Virus record (IMG/VR): IMGVR_UViG_3300031998_000018
Length of the DNA: 64,000 nucleotides
Direction: 5' to 3' (one strand)
From: an uncultured virus (IMG/VR IMGVR_UViG_3300031998_000018)
Taxonomy: Duplodnaviria > Heunggongvirae > Uroviricota > Caudoviricetes
Shown: positions 54,240-64,000 of the stretch, in pieces
Position numbering within the stretch: the stretch's first letter is position 1
How the letters are laid out: every line of letters begins with the position of its first letter
Program-made: the position numbers and the translations under genes
Notes under the pieces: generated by a model
Databases searched by the model: none
What the model saw: the letters and a program-made list of their open reading frames with translations, nothing else
Told to the model about the DNA's origin: nothing

Positions 54240-56060
54240 GTCCGTTGAGTCATGGAGAGATGGTACAAATGGCAAGAATGCATAGCAACTCTTGTGTTAT
54301 CTGTGGTGAAGAGATCCCCGAGGGAAGAATGGTATGCCCAATGTGCGAGAAGCAGGAACCAAACCGCAATTTGAGCCACGAGAAAAAACTAATAAGGCTA
54401 ATTGACGCGGAAGAGTTAAAACATATACTCAACAACAGTAAATACTACGGTACTAAAACAGGAAATGCTTTTGCTGATATGATTACCGAGTGCAAGACAA
54501 TAGAAGCACGTAAGAAAGGTAAGTGGATAGACAGGGAAGGCTACTGTGTATGTAATCAATGTGGACATACAGAACAACAGTTTGATGGTGTTCGGCCAAT
54601 TCCTCTACACACCCCTTTTTGTGCGATATGCGGCGCAGACATGATGGAGGAGAAGACCGATGGATGATTTAATCAGCAGACAGGATGTGATTGAAGCGGT
54701 GTTTTCTTGGCGAGAGGATTACAAAGCCAAGGGAATAGAGGTAAAACCACTTGTAGAATGGCTCAAAGAGTTGCCACCTGCACAGCCTATGAGTGATATT
54801 AGATTTTTTATTCCAAAAGATGAAAGTATCCCAACAGATTTAAGGCTTTATGTCGGAGAAAACTATATTACGTATGAGCGTACTTCTAACGGATTTTTGT
54901 TTAAAACGTTTATTGATGACGAAGACGAGGCTATGAAAGTAGTGCAACAAATCGTTAACAAGATGAAATCAGAACATGATGAACCAGAACATGGAGTATC
55001 GTGGCGTACTATTTCCTTGGCCGTCGTCCCGCAAGAAGAAAGATACAAAATCGGAACGTGGGTCGAATGGAAATATCGAGTTCGTGATTCGTATTGAGAG
55101 AGGAGGCGCAGAAATGACTGAAGAAACAGCCATTCGAATTGCAGAGGCACTTGAGGGGATCGAAAACGGTGCGGCAGCGTTTATAGCATTGTTTATAGGT
55201 TTCGCTGTTTTTTGGATTATTGCTATATTTAAGCACTAATGGTAGGAAAAACGGAGGAAATTACAAAATGATTTTTTCTGCAAAGTCAGCCGCCCCGATG
55301 GAATTGATATGGCAGTATGGGAATGACTATGTCGAGTTTCTGAAAGCAGAGTTATCCAAGCAAATAGCGGAAGGGGTGATTGAAATCCTTTCTCGCGAGC
55401 CGTCTGTTGCAATCACTAAACAGGACTTGCAATCCTTTCCCGATTTTAATCGAAACGAGGCGAACTACCAAGCCTCGATTGAGTGGAAGCCTCTTGTGAA
55501 ATGCAAGGAATGCAAGCACAGACCGAAAAAGTCATATCCCGGCGCGAGTCGATTCAATCTTCAGTTTCCCGATGGGGCGTGTCCTTACTATTGCGATGAC
55601 GGCTATTATTGCGAGTATCCGCCCGATGATTTCTTCTGCGCCAATGGAGAAAGAGAGGAAAAAACTGATGAAAATTGATATAAAAACTGTGACAGTCGAG
55701 GAGCTACTTCATCTCGATTATCAAAAGCCAGAGTTTCAGTCATTTAATTCTGTGATTATCGTTCCTTTAGATGGCGAGCTGCATGAAAGTGGTTTTCGCA
55801 GAATGAAATTCATTTACCTCAAGCGCGATGGCGAAATAGTAGGTGTTGGCGGCGGCCCCAGTGATGTGTTGCATCTTGATGGTATCGGTGGATATGGTCA
55901 AGATTGGGAAACTAGTATAAATGAACGCAAAGCTCCTATCTCAGCATGGAGTATTGACTGCTTACCTAATGGCTGTTTAAGACTGCTTTCACGCAAACCA
56001 TTGATAGCGCCAAAGAATACACTCTCTGATGCAGAGATATTTACTGTTCAAAATAAATAA
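54236..56060 (+). CDS. Run of small hypothetical early genes, several with CxxC motifs (54236..54667, 54660..55097, 55114..55239, 55268..55678, 55668..56060)
   Basis: Overlapping start/stop coupling and RBSs. Confidence 0.6.
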
Positions 56061-56074
56061 TTAAGGAGAAACCT

Positions 56075-56506
56075 ATGGAAATCGTAAGAAATGCAACAGT
56101 CAGAGAATACGAATGCTATCGACTCGAAATAGATGAGGATCTGGCTAAAACCTGTGAGGAAATTTTGAAAAGAGCCGTAGTCGATCCGGATACTGTTCCT
56201 CATATTTCACCTCAGACATTGATGCAGTGTTGGGAAGATGAGGGCAGCCGCAAACTTCAGGATTGTGTTTTGGAAATGAAGGGATATGGTGGCTCGTATA
56301 CAGAATACCTTACTGAATGGGTGCGCGAGTGGCTAAATGATGCCCTTTGGGAACAAGAGCCAACTTATGGAGATAGAGAGACTATCGACTATGAAGATGA
56401 GATTGGTTGGAATGGCAATGAGGAATATCGTCGCATCTTTGAAGATGTAAATCCAGACTTTGATGACGAAGACGATAAAGTTTCGCCGGAAGGTAATAAC
56501 GACTAA
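56075..56506 (+). CDS. Acidic hypothetical protein, paralog of 56918..57370
   Basis: LA..CE..LK..AV.P..VP.IS.QTL.QCW shared. Confidence 0.7.
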   Translation: MEIVRNATVREYECYRLEIDEDLAKTCEEILKRAVVDPDTVPHISPQTLMQCWEDEGSRKLQDCVLEMKGYGGSYTEYLTEWVREWLNDALWEQEPTYGDRETIDYEDEIGWNGNEEYRRIFEDVNPDFDDEDDKVSPEGNND

Positions 56507-56606
56507 AATTAAGGGTCGGGCGCATACAGCGTCCGACTATTAATTTTTGACTTTTTCGCAAAAATGTGATATAATATATATAGAAAATGAAAGGAAGGTT
56601 TTCTCT

Positions 56607-56906
56607 ATGAACTCTGAAAATGTCGTGCGCATGACTCCCTATTATATCGAATACTCACTCGATTGCGGTGAGAATGGCGAGATGGAAAGATTTCTGCGCT
56701 TCTTCAACACCAAACACGAACTGTTCCACTTTGCCAGCAAGATGTATGCGTTCGATGACTGCTATACTTTCCGTGTGCATGCGATCGTGTGTGACGGAGT
56801 AGATTGTGAGTATATCGGATGGGAACCCGGCATGAGATATGCTTATCGTGATTGCGAGACTCGTGAAATCGTATGGGACTGCAGCTTCCCTGAGTATGAC
56901 CATTAA
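56607..56906 (+). CDS. Hypothetical early protein
   Basis: Behind promoter 56547. Confidence 0.6.
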   Translation: MNSENVVRMTPYYIEYSLDCGENGEMERFLRFFNTKHELFHFASKMYAFDDCYTFRVHAIVCDGVDCEYIGWEPGMRYAYRDCETREIVWDCSFPEYDH

Positions 56907-56917
56907 GGAGTAAGGTA

Positions 56918-57370
56918 ATGAAGTTACAGAAGTATGAATATCGTTCAGTTACTGAACTGACTGAAGTTGAACTCACTGAAGAACTCGCGCGGGAATGTGA
57001 AAAAGTGCTAAAGCTGCGCGCCGTCAATCCCGAGGAAGTTCCTCCTATCTCAATGCAGACTCTCGCTCAGTGCTGGGCAGATAATATCTGTAATGAGGCA
57101 TTGGAGAATTGCACAATCCTCATTAAAGGTCACTCTGCCGCATAGGAAGTCAAACTTGTTAACGAGATCAATGATTGGCTTCAGGGCATGATGTGGACAG
57201 CTACTGAAACACAGAGTAAAGTTATTGACTCCCACACGGACGATTGGAGTGATGATTTTGAGTGCTCGCCTGAAGAGTATCAGACAATGATTCGCGTTAC
57301 TAACCCCGATTTTCTCTCTGATGATGACGCAGATGATGTGTCACCAGAAACCGCAAATGATAATCACTAA
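56918..57370 (+). CDS. Acidic hypothetical protein (code 15, one TAG)
   Basis: Track ORFs 56918 and 57188 in frame; full-length similarity to 56075..56506. Confidence 0.7.
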
Positions 57371-57405
57371 AGCACGGCGCGCAATGAACGAAAGGAAGTA
57401 AGATA

Positions 57406-57935
57406 ATGCCTATCAAACATCATAAGAAAACTGAAGAGTATGTATGCCCCAGATGCCTGAAGGACAATACTGTAGTCGACGATTACGATTTCGACTGGAA
57501 CTGCATGAGCCGCAAAATGTTTTGCGAAGACTGCGGGTATATGTGGAGAGAATACTTCACCATGGCCTATGATGGCTTTACTGATGAAACCGGCGAATAC
57601 GATTCAAATGGCGTGTCCGATGATGCGCCGCTCACACAGGAGATTGACAAATGAAAAGTAACTATCTAATCAAAGTAACATACTACAACGAGCATCTGGA
57701 TGAAGAGGCAGATCAGGAAGGCTATGCCGTAGTCGTAGCCGAGTCCTATGCTGAAGCTCTTCAGATCCTTCAGGAGGATCTGAACTGTAATATCATTAAC
57801 GTAGAAGTGCGCGAGTGTCTTCTCTCTGATCGCATTGTCTGGATCTCTGAAGAGGAGTATGACAGCAAGGTCGTAGAAGAACTCGACGACGGCAATGAAG
57901 ATGAGGAAGAGGAAGAAGATCCCGAAGAGGATTGA
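57406..57935 (+). CDS. Two small hypothetical genes (57406..57654 zinc ribbon; 57651..57935 acidic)
   Basis: RBS and ATGA coupling. Confidence 0.6.
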
Positions 57936-58391
57936 CGCAGAATGCGCCCGACTGTGTCCGTAATAATGGATGCAAACCATTACACCGGAAGGGTCGGGCG
58001 CAGTGTAACCCCGTCTCCGACGGGGCAATCGGATCCCTATTACGTACATATTCTACGTAGTATATGTACGTAATATATTACACAGTATTTTCGTTAATTT
58101 ATCCATCATCAACCAAAAATCGAGCCGAGCGCAGCGAGGCGTGGAGCACCGATCGATGGCGCAGCCATCGAGCGCTTGCGGAACTAGCCCCGTATTTAAT
58201 GTACATATATAACTACATATATAATTACTCAATACCCCGAATTTTGGGATCTAAATTTTCGTAGTTTCTCTGCAATAAGTTTACGTAATAAATGAAAGCG
58301 TAATATAATATATATTTATTACGTAGTAATATACGTAGTTATATATGTAGTATAATACGGGGTAGAGCGCGAACGGGAAGCCGAATGTAAC

Positions 58392-58451
58392 TATTTACGT
58401 AGTTATTTACGTAGTTATTTACGTAGTTATTTACGTAGTTATTTACGTAGT
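58392..58451. repeat. Five tandem copies of the 12-mer TATTTACGTAGT
   Basis: Read directly; further TACGTA palindromes scattered over 58040-58630. Confidence 0.9.
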
Positions 58452-58919
58452 AATTATGTGCGAGAACGGCGCGATCCCGGCCCTGCAGGGCGTGTAGGGA
58501 AGGGGCCGTTAGCGCGGAGCACGAGACCACGAGCCAGCGCGTTAGCGCTCGGCGAGAGGGCGAGGTGCGAGAGCGCGCGTGGGATCCCGAGGGAAGAATA
58601 CGCAGATATGTACGTAGAAGTGTTACGTAGAATAGTGCCCGAACGGACTATCCAGCAGTGAACGTGCGAACGACGGCTACTCTACGTGCAATATGGAGGC
58701 GGCTTTATGGGCAGTTAAACGGGGAGGTTTTGGGAGTGATGGGGAGGTTTTGGGATATTGTCGGAGGTTTTGGGATATTGCCGGAAATATGCGAGGCCGC
58801 GATCTCGCCTCTGTCAATCAAAATTATCCTCAAAAACCGCTTCGAAGCACCGGAAATTTTGACTTTTTTAGAAAAATATGATATAATATATATAGAAAAT
58901 GAGAGAGGAAGTGAGTCCT

Positions 58920-59360
58920 ATGTCAACCTACGTACATATTTTTGCGAGATCGAAGCACGACGACTTCGTTGAGCTTTGGTGCAGCGCTGGCTCGTCTGCG
59001 ATGATGCAGATAGTAGGCCACTGGGCGCCTTGGGAGAAGATCCAGCGCGTCACCGACTCGGTAATGCAGCGCTTTCAGGACGATGCCGCCGAGCGTATGA
59101 ATTCGCTAAAGGAGTGCATCGCTCAGCACGAGAAGCTGATCGGCGAAATCGGCAGCTGGAACAATCCCATCGACGAGAAGATCGAGCTGATCAACGACTA
59201 TCAGCGCGCCATCGAGGACGATCGGCAGGATCTCGACGAGCTGCAGGTGGTCAACTATTACCTGCACTTCATGCGTCATATGATCGAAGATGGTACGGAG
59301 ATCTACGCCGGCGTAGAGTGCGGCAGCACTGTCACCGTCGAGGATATCGCTGATAGTTGA
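58920..59360 (+). CDS. Hypothetical coiled-coil early protein
   Basis: Behind promoter 58859; C/G-ending codon bias. Confidence 0.65.
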   Translation: MSTYVHIFARSKHDDFVELWCSAGSSAMMQIVGHWAPWEKIQRVTDSVMQRFQDDAAERMNSLKECIAQHEKLIGEIGSWNNPIDEKIELINDYQRAIEDDRQDLDELQVVNYYLHFMRHMIEDGTEIYAGVECGSTVTVEDIADS

Positions 59361-60166
59361 TCCCCAGTTTTGGGATCCAACTCCGGCGAAACTGACACGA
59401 TCCCCTCGCGCCAACTGTTGCATTTTTTGCAACGGTTGCGCCGGCTAACCTTCGGGTGAGAGGAAGCAATCAAAAATTGACTTTTTCTCAAAAGTGTGAT
59501 ATAATATATATGTAAGAAAGTGAGAGAGAAACGAAACGAAGTACTCACTCACGGCGGAGGGCGATTGCCTGCAAATTACGGTTCCAACCAGTCCGCAAAA
59601 CCGTGACCGGGGAGTCGGTCAGAAAACTGATAACTCCTTGATGGGCGCCATTCCGGCTTGAGCCGGATCCAAACTTGAGTCCCTTCCAAAACAGGCGCCG
59701 AACGGATTAACGATGATCGGTTGGCCGCAGTAGTAGGTCGTACGCAGCATAAGACGGACTAGAACACTACGCTGGAAGCCCGCGCCTCTGCATAATGAAA
59801 CCCATCGTGTGCAAGAACGGGACCTTCATCCCGCACTCTTCCCGATCATCTATTGCCGCGAAACAGTTGCCCAATTGATGCGGTGGCACCGGCTTGGCAT
59901 CCGCCCAACATAAACCGCCCTCGGGGTGGGTTTTGGGTCGATCCTCCTAGTGGGAATAAGCAAAAAGATTTGACTTTTTGTGAAAAGTGTGCTATAATAT
60001 ATATAGAGAATGAGAGAGATGGTGTGATTACCTTTCTTTCCTACCAAAAACCTCCTTTCGACTCTCTCATTCTCACTCAAGTAGTTAACTCGCGGTGAAA
60101 GTAATCATCGCTGTTAAATAAATTAAAACTGGGTGGCTCCCAATAGCCAGAAAAGGAAAAACAACC

Positions 60167-60511
60167 ATGACCAAGAGAGAATTCTACAACTCCATCATCA
60201 CTGCCAACATCAACGACGAAATCACCGCCTATGCTCAGGCCGCCATCGACAGCATGGATGCCACCAACGAGAAGAGACGGAACACCCCCTCCAAGGCTCA
60301 GAAGGAGAACGCTCCTCTCGTCGAGTCGATCCTCAACGGTGTGCTGACCGCTGAGCCCAAGACCGCTTCCGACGTCGCCGCCGAGCTCGGAATCTCCGTG
60401 CAGAAGGCGTCTGCGGTTCTCCGCTCGATCGTCGCTGACGGCAAGGCCGTTCAGGGCGAGACCAAGGTCGCCAAGAAGGGCGTCCAGAAGACCTACACTC
60501 TCGCTGAGTGA
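60167..60511 (+). CDS. Winged-HTH protein, paralog of 62958..63302
   Basis: TASDVAAELGISVQKASAVLR; N.KRRNTPSKAQ shared. Confidence 0.75.
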   Translation: MTKREFYNSIITANINDEITAYAQAAIDSMDATNEKRRNTPSKAQKENAPLVESILNGVLTAEPKTASDVAAELGISVQKASAVLRSIVADGKAVQGETKVAKKGVQKTYTLAE

Positions 60512-60649
60512 GGTAAGTAAATACCGCGGTAGGGGCCGGCAGTAATGCCTGCCCCTCTTTCTGCGCCCGACCTGCCTCGGTATGTACGGAGACTAACCTC
60601 TGTCATGACGGAGACGGGCCGGGCGCAATGTAAAAAAGGGGAGAGGGCA

Positions 60650-61018
60650 TCAGCCCTCTCCGTTTATCTTTGCTTCGTGCGCTGCTTTGGCCGCGGCCTT
60701 CTCGGCTCTGGCCTTTTCGTCTCTGGCGATCTTGGCGGCCTTCTTTGCGGCGGCTTCCTTCGCTTTTTCAGCCTTCTCCGCCATCTTCATGGCGTACTCT
60801 TCGGCCTCGCTGTACCCATCGTAGATGTCTCCATCTCTGGATCCGGTGGGAACCTTGACGGTGAAGATGATCCACTGTTCCATGCCCTCATTGTCGACGA
60901 CCGGAATAGCAATCTCATTGGACTTGGTGCGCTGGACGTCTTCGTCCCTCTCGGCAAGCAGTTTCGACAGGATCTCAACGTACTCGGCTCTCAGTGCATC
61001 TGCGGATTTCTTGGACAT
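60650..61018 (-). CDS. Hypothetical protein with Ala/Lys-rich tail, paralog of 63571..63972
   Basis: SNEIA.PVVD.EG...KVPTGSRDG..YD shared. Confidence 0.75.
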   Translation of the reverse strand: MSKKSADALRAEYVEILSKLLAERDEDVQRTKSNEIAIPVVDNEGMEQWIIFTVKVPTGSRDGDIYDGYSEAEEYAMKMAEKAEKAKEAAAKKAAKIARDEKARAEKAAAKAAHEAKINGEG

Positions 61019-61487
61019 AATTTACCTCTTTCCTGGCCGGGATCTCCGGTCAAATTTGACTTTCTTAATTTTTCTATATATATTATATCATATTTTTCCG
61101 AAAAAATCAAGTTTTAAATTGTAAATAAATTGTAAACAAATTGTGAACGGCGCAGCTGTAGCTCATTTTGGGATCTAACTATACGGGCTTGGATCCCAGC
61201 TGCAGCTCATTTATGTCAAGACGGAGGCGGGCCCGGGCAGCTTTTGCAGCTTGCAGCTGCCTTGACGCAGGCGACGCAGCTCGCAGCTCACATGGCGTTT
61301 CGTGCCATGGGGGGGGACGGCCCGGCCGCTGTTTAAGTGGGGGTGGTAGGTGGCGTGTGTGTGGAAGGGAGAAAAGTTTACAAATTGTTCATAAAAAAAG
61401 GTAGAAAATTTCATAAATTTGCGCCCGGGTTGCGCCTGGGCAGACATAAAAAAGCCCGGGTATGCACCCGGGCGCCGACTGGTGGGA

Positions 61488-61760
61488 TCACCACCAGTTT
61501 CCGCCTAATGACTCGCGCATTGCGATTGCGGCATCATCAATCTCGTTTCTCTTTTTGTACAAATCGGAGTGCCGGATTACTTTGCAAATCGTGTTGATGT
61601 CATCGGGGTCGATGTTGTAATACTCGCAATCGTCCAAACCTGCCACGTAGTCTTCAACGGCTGCCTTGACTTCATTCCACAACGAAGAAGATGCGAGATT
61701 GGCGGTAGTGATGATGTCCTCAATGTCAATGTAGATGCGAACAGTCTTTTCGATAACCAT
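61488..61760 (-). CDS. Hypothetical early protein
   Basis: GAGAGGT RBS and minus-strand promoter at about 61780-61817. Confidence 0.6.
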   Translation of the reverse strand: MVIEKTVRIYIDIEDIITTANLASSSLWNEVKAAVEDYVAGLDDCEYYNIDPDDINTICKVIRHSDLYKKRNEIDDAAIAMRESLGGNWW

Positions 61761-62130
61761 TTTATTTACCTCTCTTTCTTACAAGTATATTATACCACAT
61801 TAAATGAAATTTGTCAATACTTTTTTTCACAAAAACCGGAAAAATTTTGGCGCCCGGGCCTTCAAACGTCGAGAATTAACAACCGTTCGCCGTCATCGTC
61901 ATAATCTCTTTCAGATGTTTATTTATCCATTTTTGTCTTAACTGGGGACAATGGTTTAATATAAGTGTTCCATAAAGCCAACCCATAATAAAGCCAATCT
62001 TTTCTAAAACGATCATTTTTATTGCCTCTCTTTCTTACGAGTATATTATATCACGATAGACCGATTTTGTCAACGAAAAAATTGTAAACAATTTATGAAC
62101 GCGCCCGGGCCTTCGCCCTTGGCGGTCTGC

Positions 62131-62775
62131 TCACCAGAGCAGACCGTCAATTTCGGGGTTTACCGACCGACAGAAGGCGAAAATTTTTGCTTCAATCAGC
62201 ACATCTTCAAGTCCTGTGTGGCTCTCGACAAATTCGGTGTTGCCTGTGAGCCACCGATAAATCACCTCGGCAGTGTATCTTGGCGTGCCGTTCTTGCAGA
62301 CAAAACCGTTTTTCTCGCAGAAGCCGCGGTAGTTCTCGCTGCCCTTGAGCACTTCGCGCGCCATTTTCAGCGTGTCAAGGATTTTTGTGCCGAAGGGGAA
62401 GAAGTAGCGATACTTCGAGGAGGTCAGCAGACGCTGGGTGTAGTTAGTTGACTTGTAGTCAAACCGCGCGTTGTGGGCGACAACGTAGGTTATGCCGTAG
62501 CGCGCCATTACATCACGCACCGCCTTGCGGATCGTCGAGTGACGTGCGAGCCTGCGAGTGCCGGCTTTTATGTCAGCCCAATACTGCGGGATTTTGTCGC
62601 AAAAGTAGGCGGTTGACATCATCTCTGTATCGAGAAAAATGTCAGCGTTCACAAAGGAAGCCGTTTCGTAGACTTCGCCTTTGCAGTCGACGACGGCGTA
62701 GCCGAGGTCGTAGTAAAAGGGGTCTTCGATTGTGTTGGCGGTTTCGGTGTCGAGCATCAGGAACAGTTCTGTCAT
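62131..62775 (-). CDS. DEDDh 3'-5' exonuclease
   Basis: LDTET, AHNARFD, DTL, HTGLED. Confidence 0.85.
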   Translation of the reverse strand: MTELFLMLDTETANTIEDPFYYDLGYAVVDCKGEVYETASFVNADIFLDTEMMSTAYFCDKIPQYWADIKAGTRRLARHSTIRKAVRDVMARYGITYVVAHNARFDYKSTNYTQRLLTSSKYRYFFPFGTKILDTLKMAREVLKGSENYRGFCEKNGFVCKNGTPRYTAEVIYRWLTGNTEFVESHTGLEDVLIEAKIFAFCRSVNPEIDGLLW

Positions 62776-62957
62776 TAGGGGTTACCTCTCTTTCGTTTAC
62801 GGCTATATTATACACCTGTTTTAGGAATTTGTCAACACTTTTTTATTCGTCAATTTCAACAAAAATAACTAAAACTTCCGGCTAGATCTTGTGCAAAATG
62901 ACGGGCGCCCGGGCCGGCGCCTTTGTGCAAAATGCACAAAGGCTTCCGGCGGTTGGC

Positions 62958-63302
62958 TCAAAGGACGGCTTCGTAAGCCTTGACCGTCCCCTTGCCCTTG
63001 ACCTTGAGGTCAAGCGCCTTGAGCTTGCCTGCCTCGACAAGCTGCCGGCAGAGAGCCGACACCTTCTGCGTTGACACGCCGCAGGCGGAGGCAATCTCGG
63101 CGGCGGTCAGCGAGCCGACACCGATGGCGGCGACGATAGCGTCCTTGACACCCTCGTTGGCGAGCTGCGCCTTCGAAGGCGTGTTGCGCCTCTTGGCGTT
63201 GCGCGCGTCGAGCTTCTCAAGCTCGCTGGAGGCGAAGGCGACGACCTCGGCATTGTCGGCGAGGCTGGCGGAAACGGTGGACAGGAATTCGCGGTAAGTC
63301 AT
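62958..63302 (-). CDS. Winged-HTH protein
   Basis: TAAEIASACGVSTQKVSALCRQLV. Confidence 0.75.
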   Translation of the reverse strand: MTYREFLSTVSASLADNAEVVAFASSELEKLDARNAKRRNTPSKAQLANEGVKDAIVAAIGVGSLTAAEIASACGVSTQKVSALCRQLVEAGKLKALDLKVKGKGTVKAYEAVL

Positions 63303-63570
63303 AGTAGACCTCTTTCTCCCACACTCACGCAGTGGGCGCGTATGTTGGGCGGTTAGCGCCTCGGCGCTTCCTCTCCCCTCTTGACAAGAATATTATATCA
63401 CAGTTTTCAGAAAATGTCAACAACTTTTTCTGGAAAAATTACTTTCGTCGATCTGCACAAAAAGCCGGATCTCGCCGGAACCCAATTTGTGCAAAATGAC
63501 GGGCGCCCGGGCGTGGTTAGCCTCGGCTAACTCGCCCGCTAAAAAAGAGAGGGCTTGTGCCCTCCCTCTG

Positions 63571-63972
63571 TCAACCGATGCCGTTTGACTTCAAACGGTA
63601 TTCAGTTGACGCCTTGGCTTCGTGTTCCGCCTTGGCTGCTGCCTTGGCTTCCCTCGCCGCCTTGTCGCGCGCTATTTTGCGCGCCTTGGCTTCTGCCGCT
63701 TCCTTCGCCTTTTCGGCTTTTTCGGCGACCTTTGCCTTGTATTCCTCGGCGACGCCGTAAGCGTCATACGGCTCACCGTCGCGTGAGCCAGTCGGCACTT
63801 TGAAGGTCAAGACGATAAACTCGTCGTTTCCCTCTTCGTCGACCACCGGCAGGGCGATCTCGTTGGAGTTGGTGAGCAGGACTTCGTCACCATTGGCGGT
63901 GAGACAGTCGGAGACGATGCGCATATACTGCGCGCGGAGAGCCTCGTGAAGGGCTTTCTTGGACTTGGGCAT
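63571..63972 (-). CDS. Hypothetical protein with Ala/Lys-rich tail
   Basis: GAAAGGGAGGT RBS; paralog of 60650..61018. Confidence 0.75.
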   Translation of the reverse strand: MPKSKKALHEALRAQYMRIVSDCLTANGDEVLLTNSNEIALPVVDEEGNDEFIVLTFKVPTGSRDGEPYDAYGVAEEYKAKVAEKAEKAKEAAEAKARKIARDKAAREAKAAAKAEHEAKASTEYRLKSNGIG

Positions 63973-64000
63973 TTGGATTACCTCCCTTTCGTTTACGGCT

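Larger units (their letters stand above)
26650..63420. promoter_or_regulatory. Dispersed family of about 20 sigma70-type early promoters: TTGAYTTTT...TGnTATAATATATATAGAAAATGA
   Basis: Plus strand near 30271, 33420, 35035, 36247, 37630, 40352, 41994, 45631, 49146, 50606, 52935, 56547, 58859, 59477, 59970; minus strand near 26693, 28817, 61110, 61817, 62073, 62835, 63420. Confidence 0.85.

Noticed and set aside
58392..58451. CRISPR array
   Set aside because: 12-bp head-to-tail repeats with no spacers and no cas genes

Overview
A segment of a large tailed phage, probably infecting gut or rumen Firmicutes (Clostridia-like), that uses genetic code 15 (TAG = Gln). Read with TAG as Gln, the fragmented ORF track collapses into long genes. 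1-25.4 kb is a late virion module: BspA/LRR proteins, Mtd_N proteins, three tail-fibre genes (one ending in a Hint domain), two LamG proteins and a C1 peptidase. 25.4-28.8 kb (minus strand) holds DNA ligase, a GT2 glycosyltransferase, a dNMP-kinase-like protein and RNase H. Next come a Dit-like tail protein, a holin and an amidase endolysin. 35-46 kb is an RNA-rich island: about 22 tRNAs including an amber suppressor tRNA(CUA), several non-canonical tRNAs, a twister ribozyme, a minimal HDV-like (theta) ribozyme, several large structured ncRNAs, and a DUF2828/vWA (Ro60-like) gene accompanied by four copies of a small covarying RNA motif. Then follow a recoded ClpP-PhoH-unknown operon, an RNA ligase, a kinase, many small early genes behind about 20 copies of one sigma70-type promoter, a TACGTA-rich iteron-like region and a GC-richer end with duplicated genes. 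The best candidate for an undescribed system is the DUF2828 protein plus the ACAGCAA small RNAs, some of which carry anticodon-arm mimics, set within a ribozyme/RNA-repair/tRNA island. All family calls are by eye from motifs; no database searches were run.
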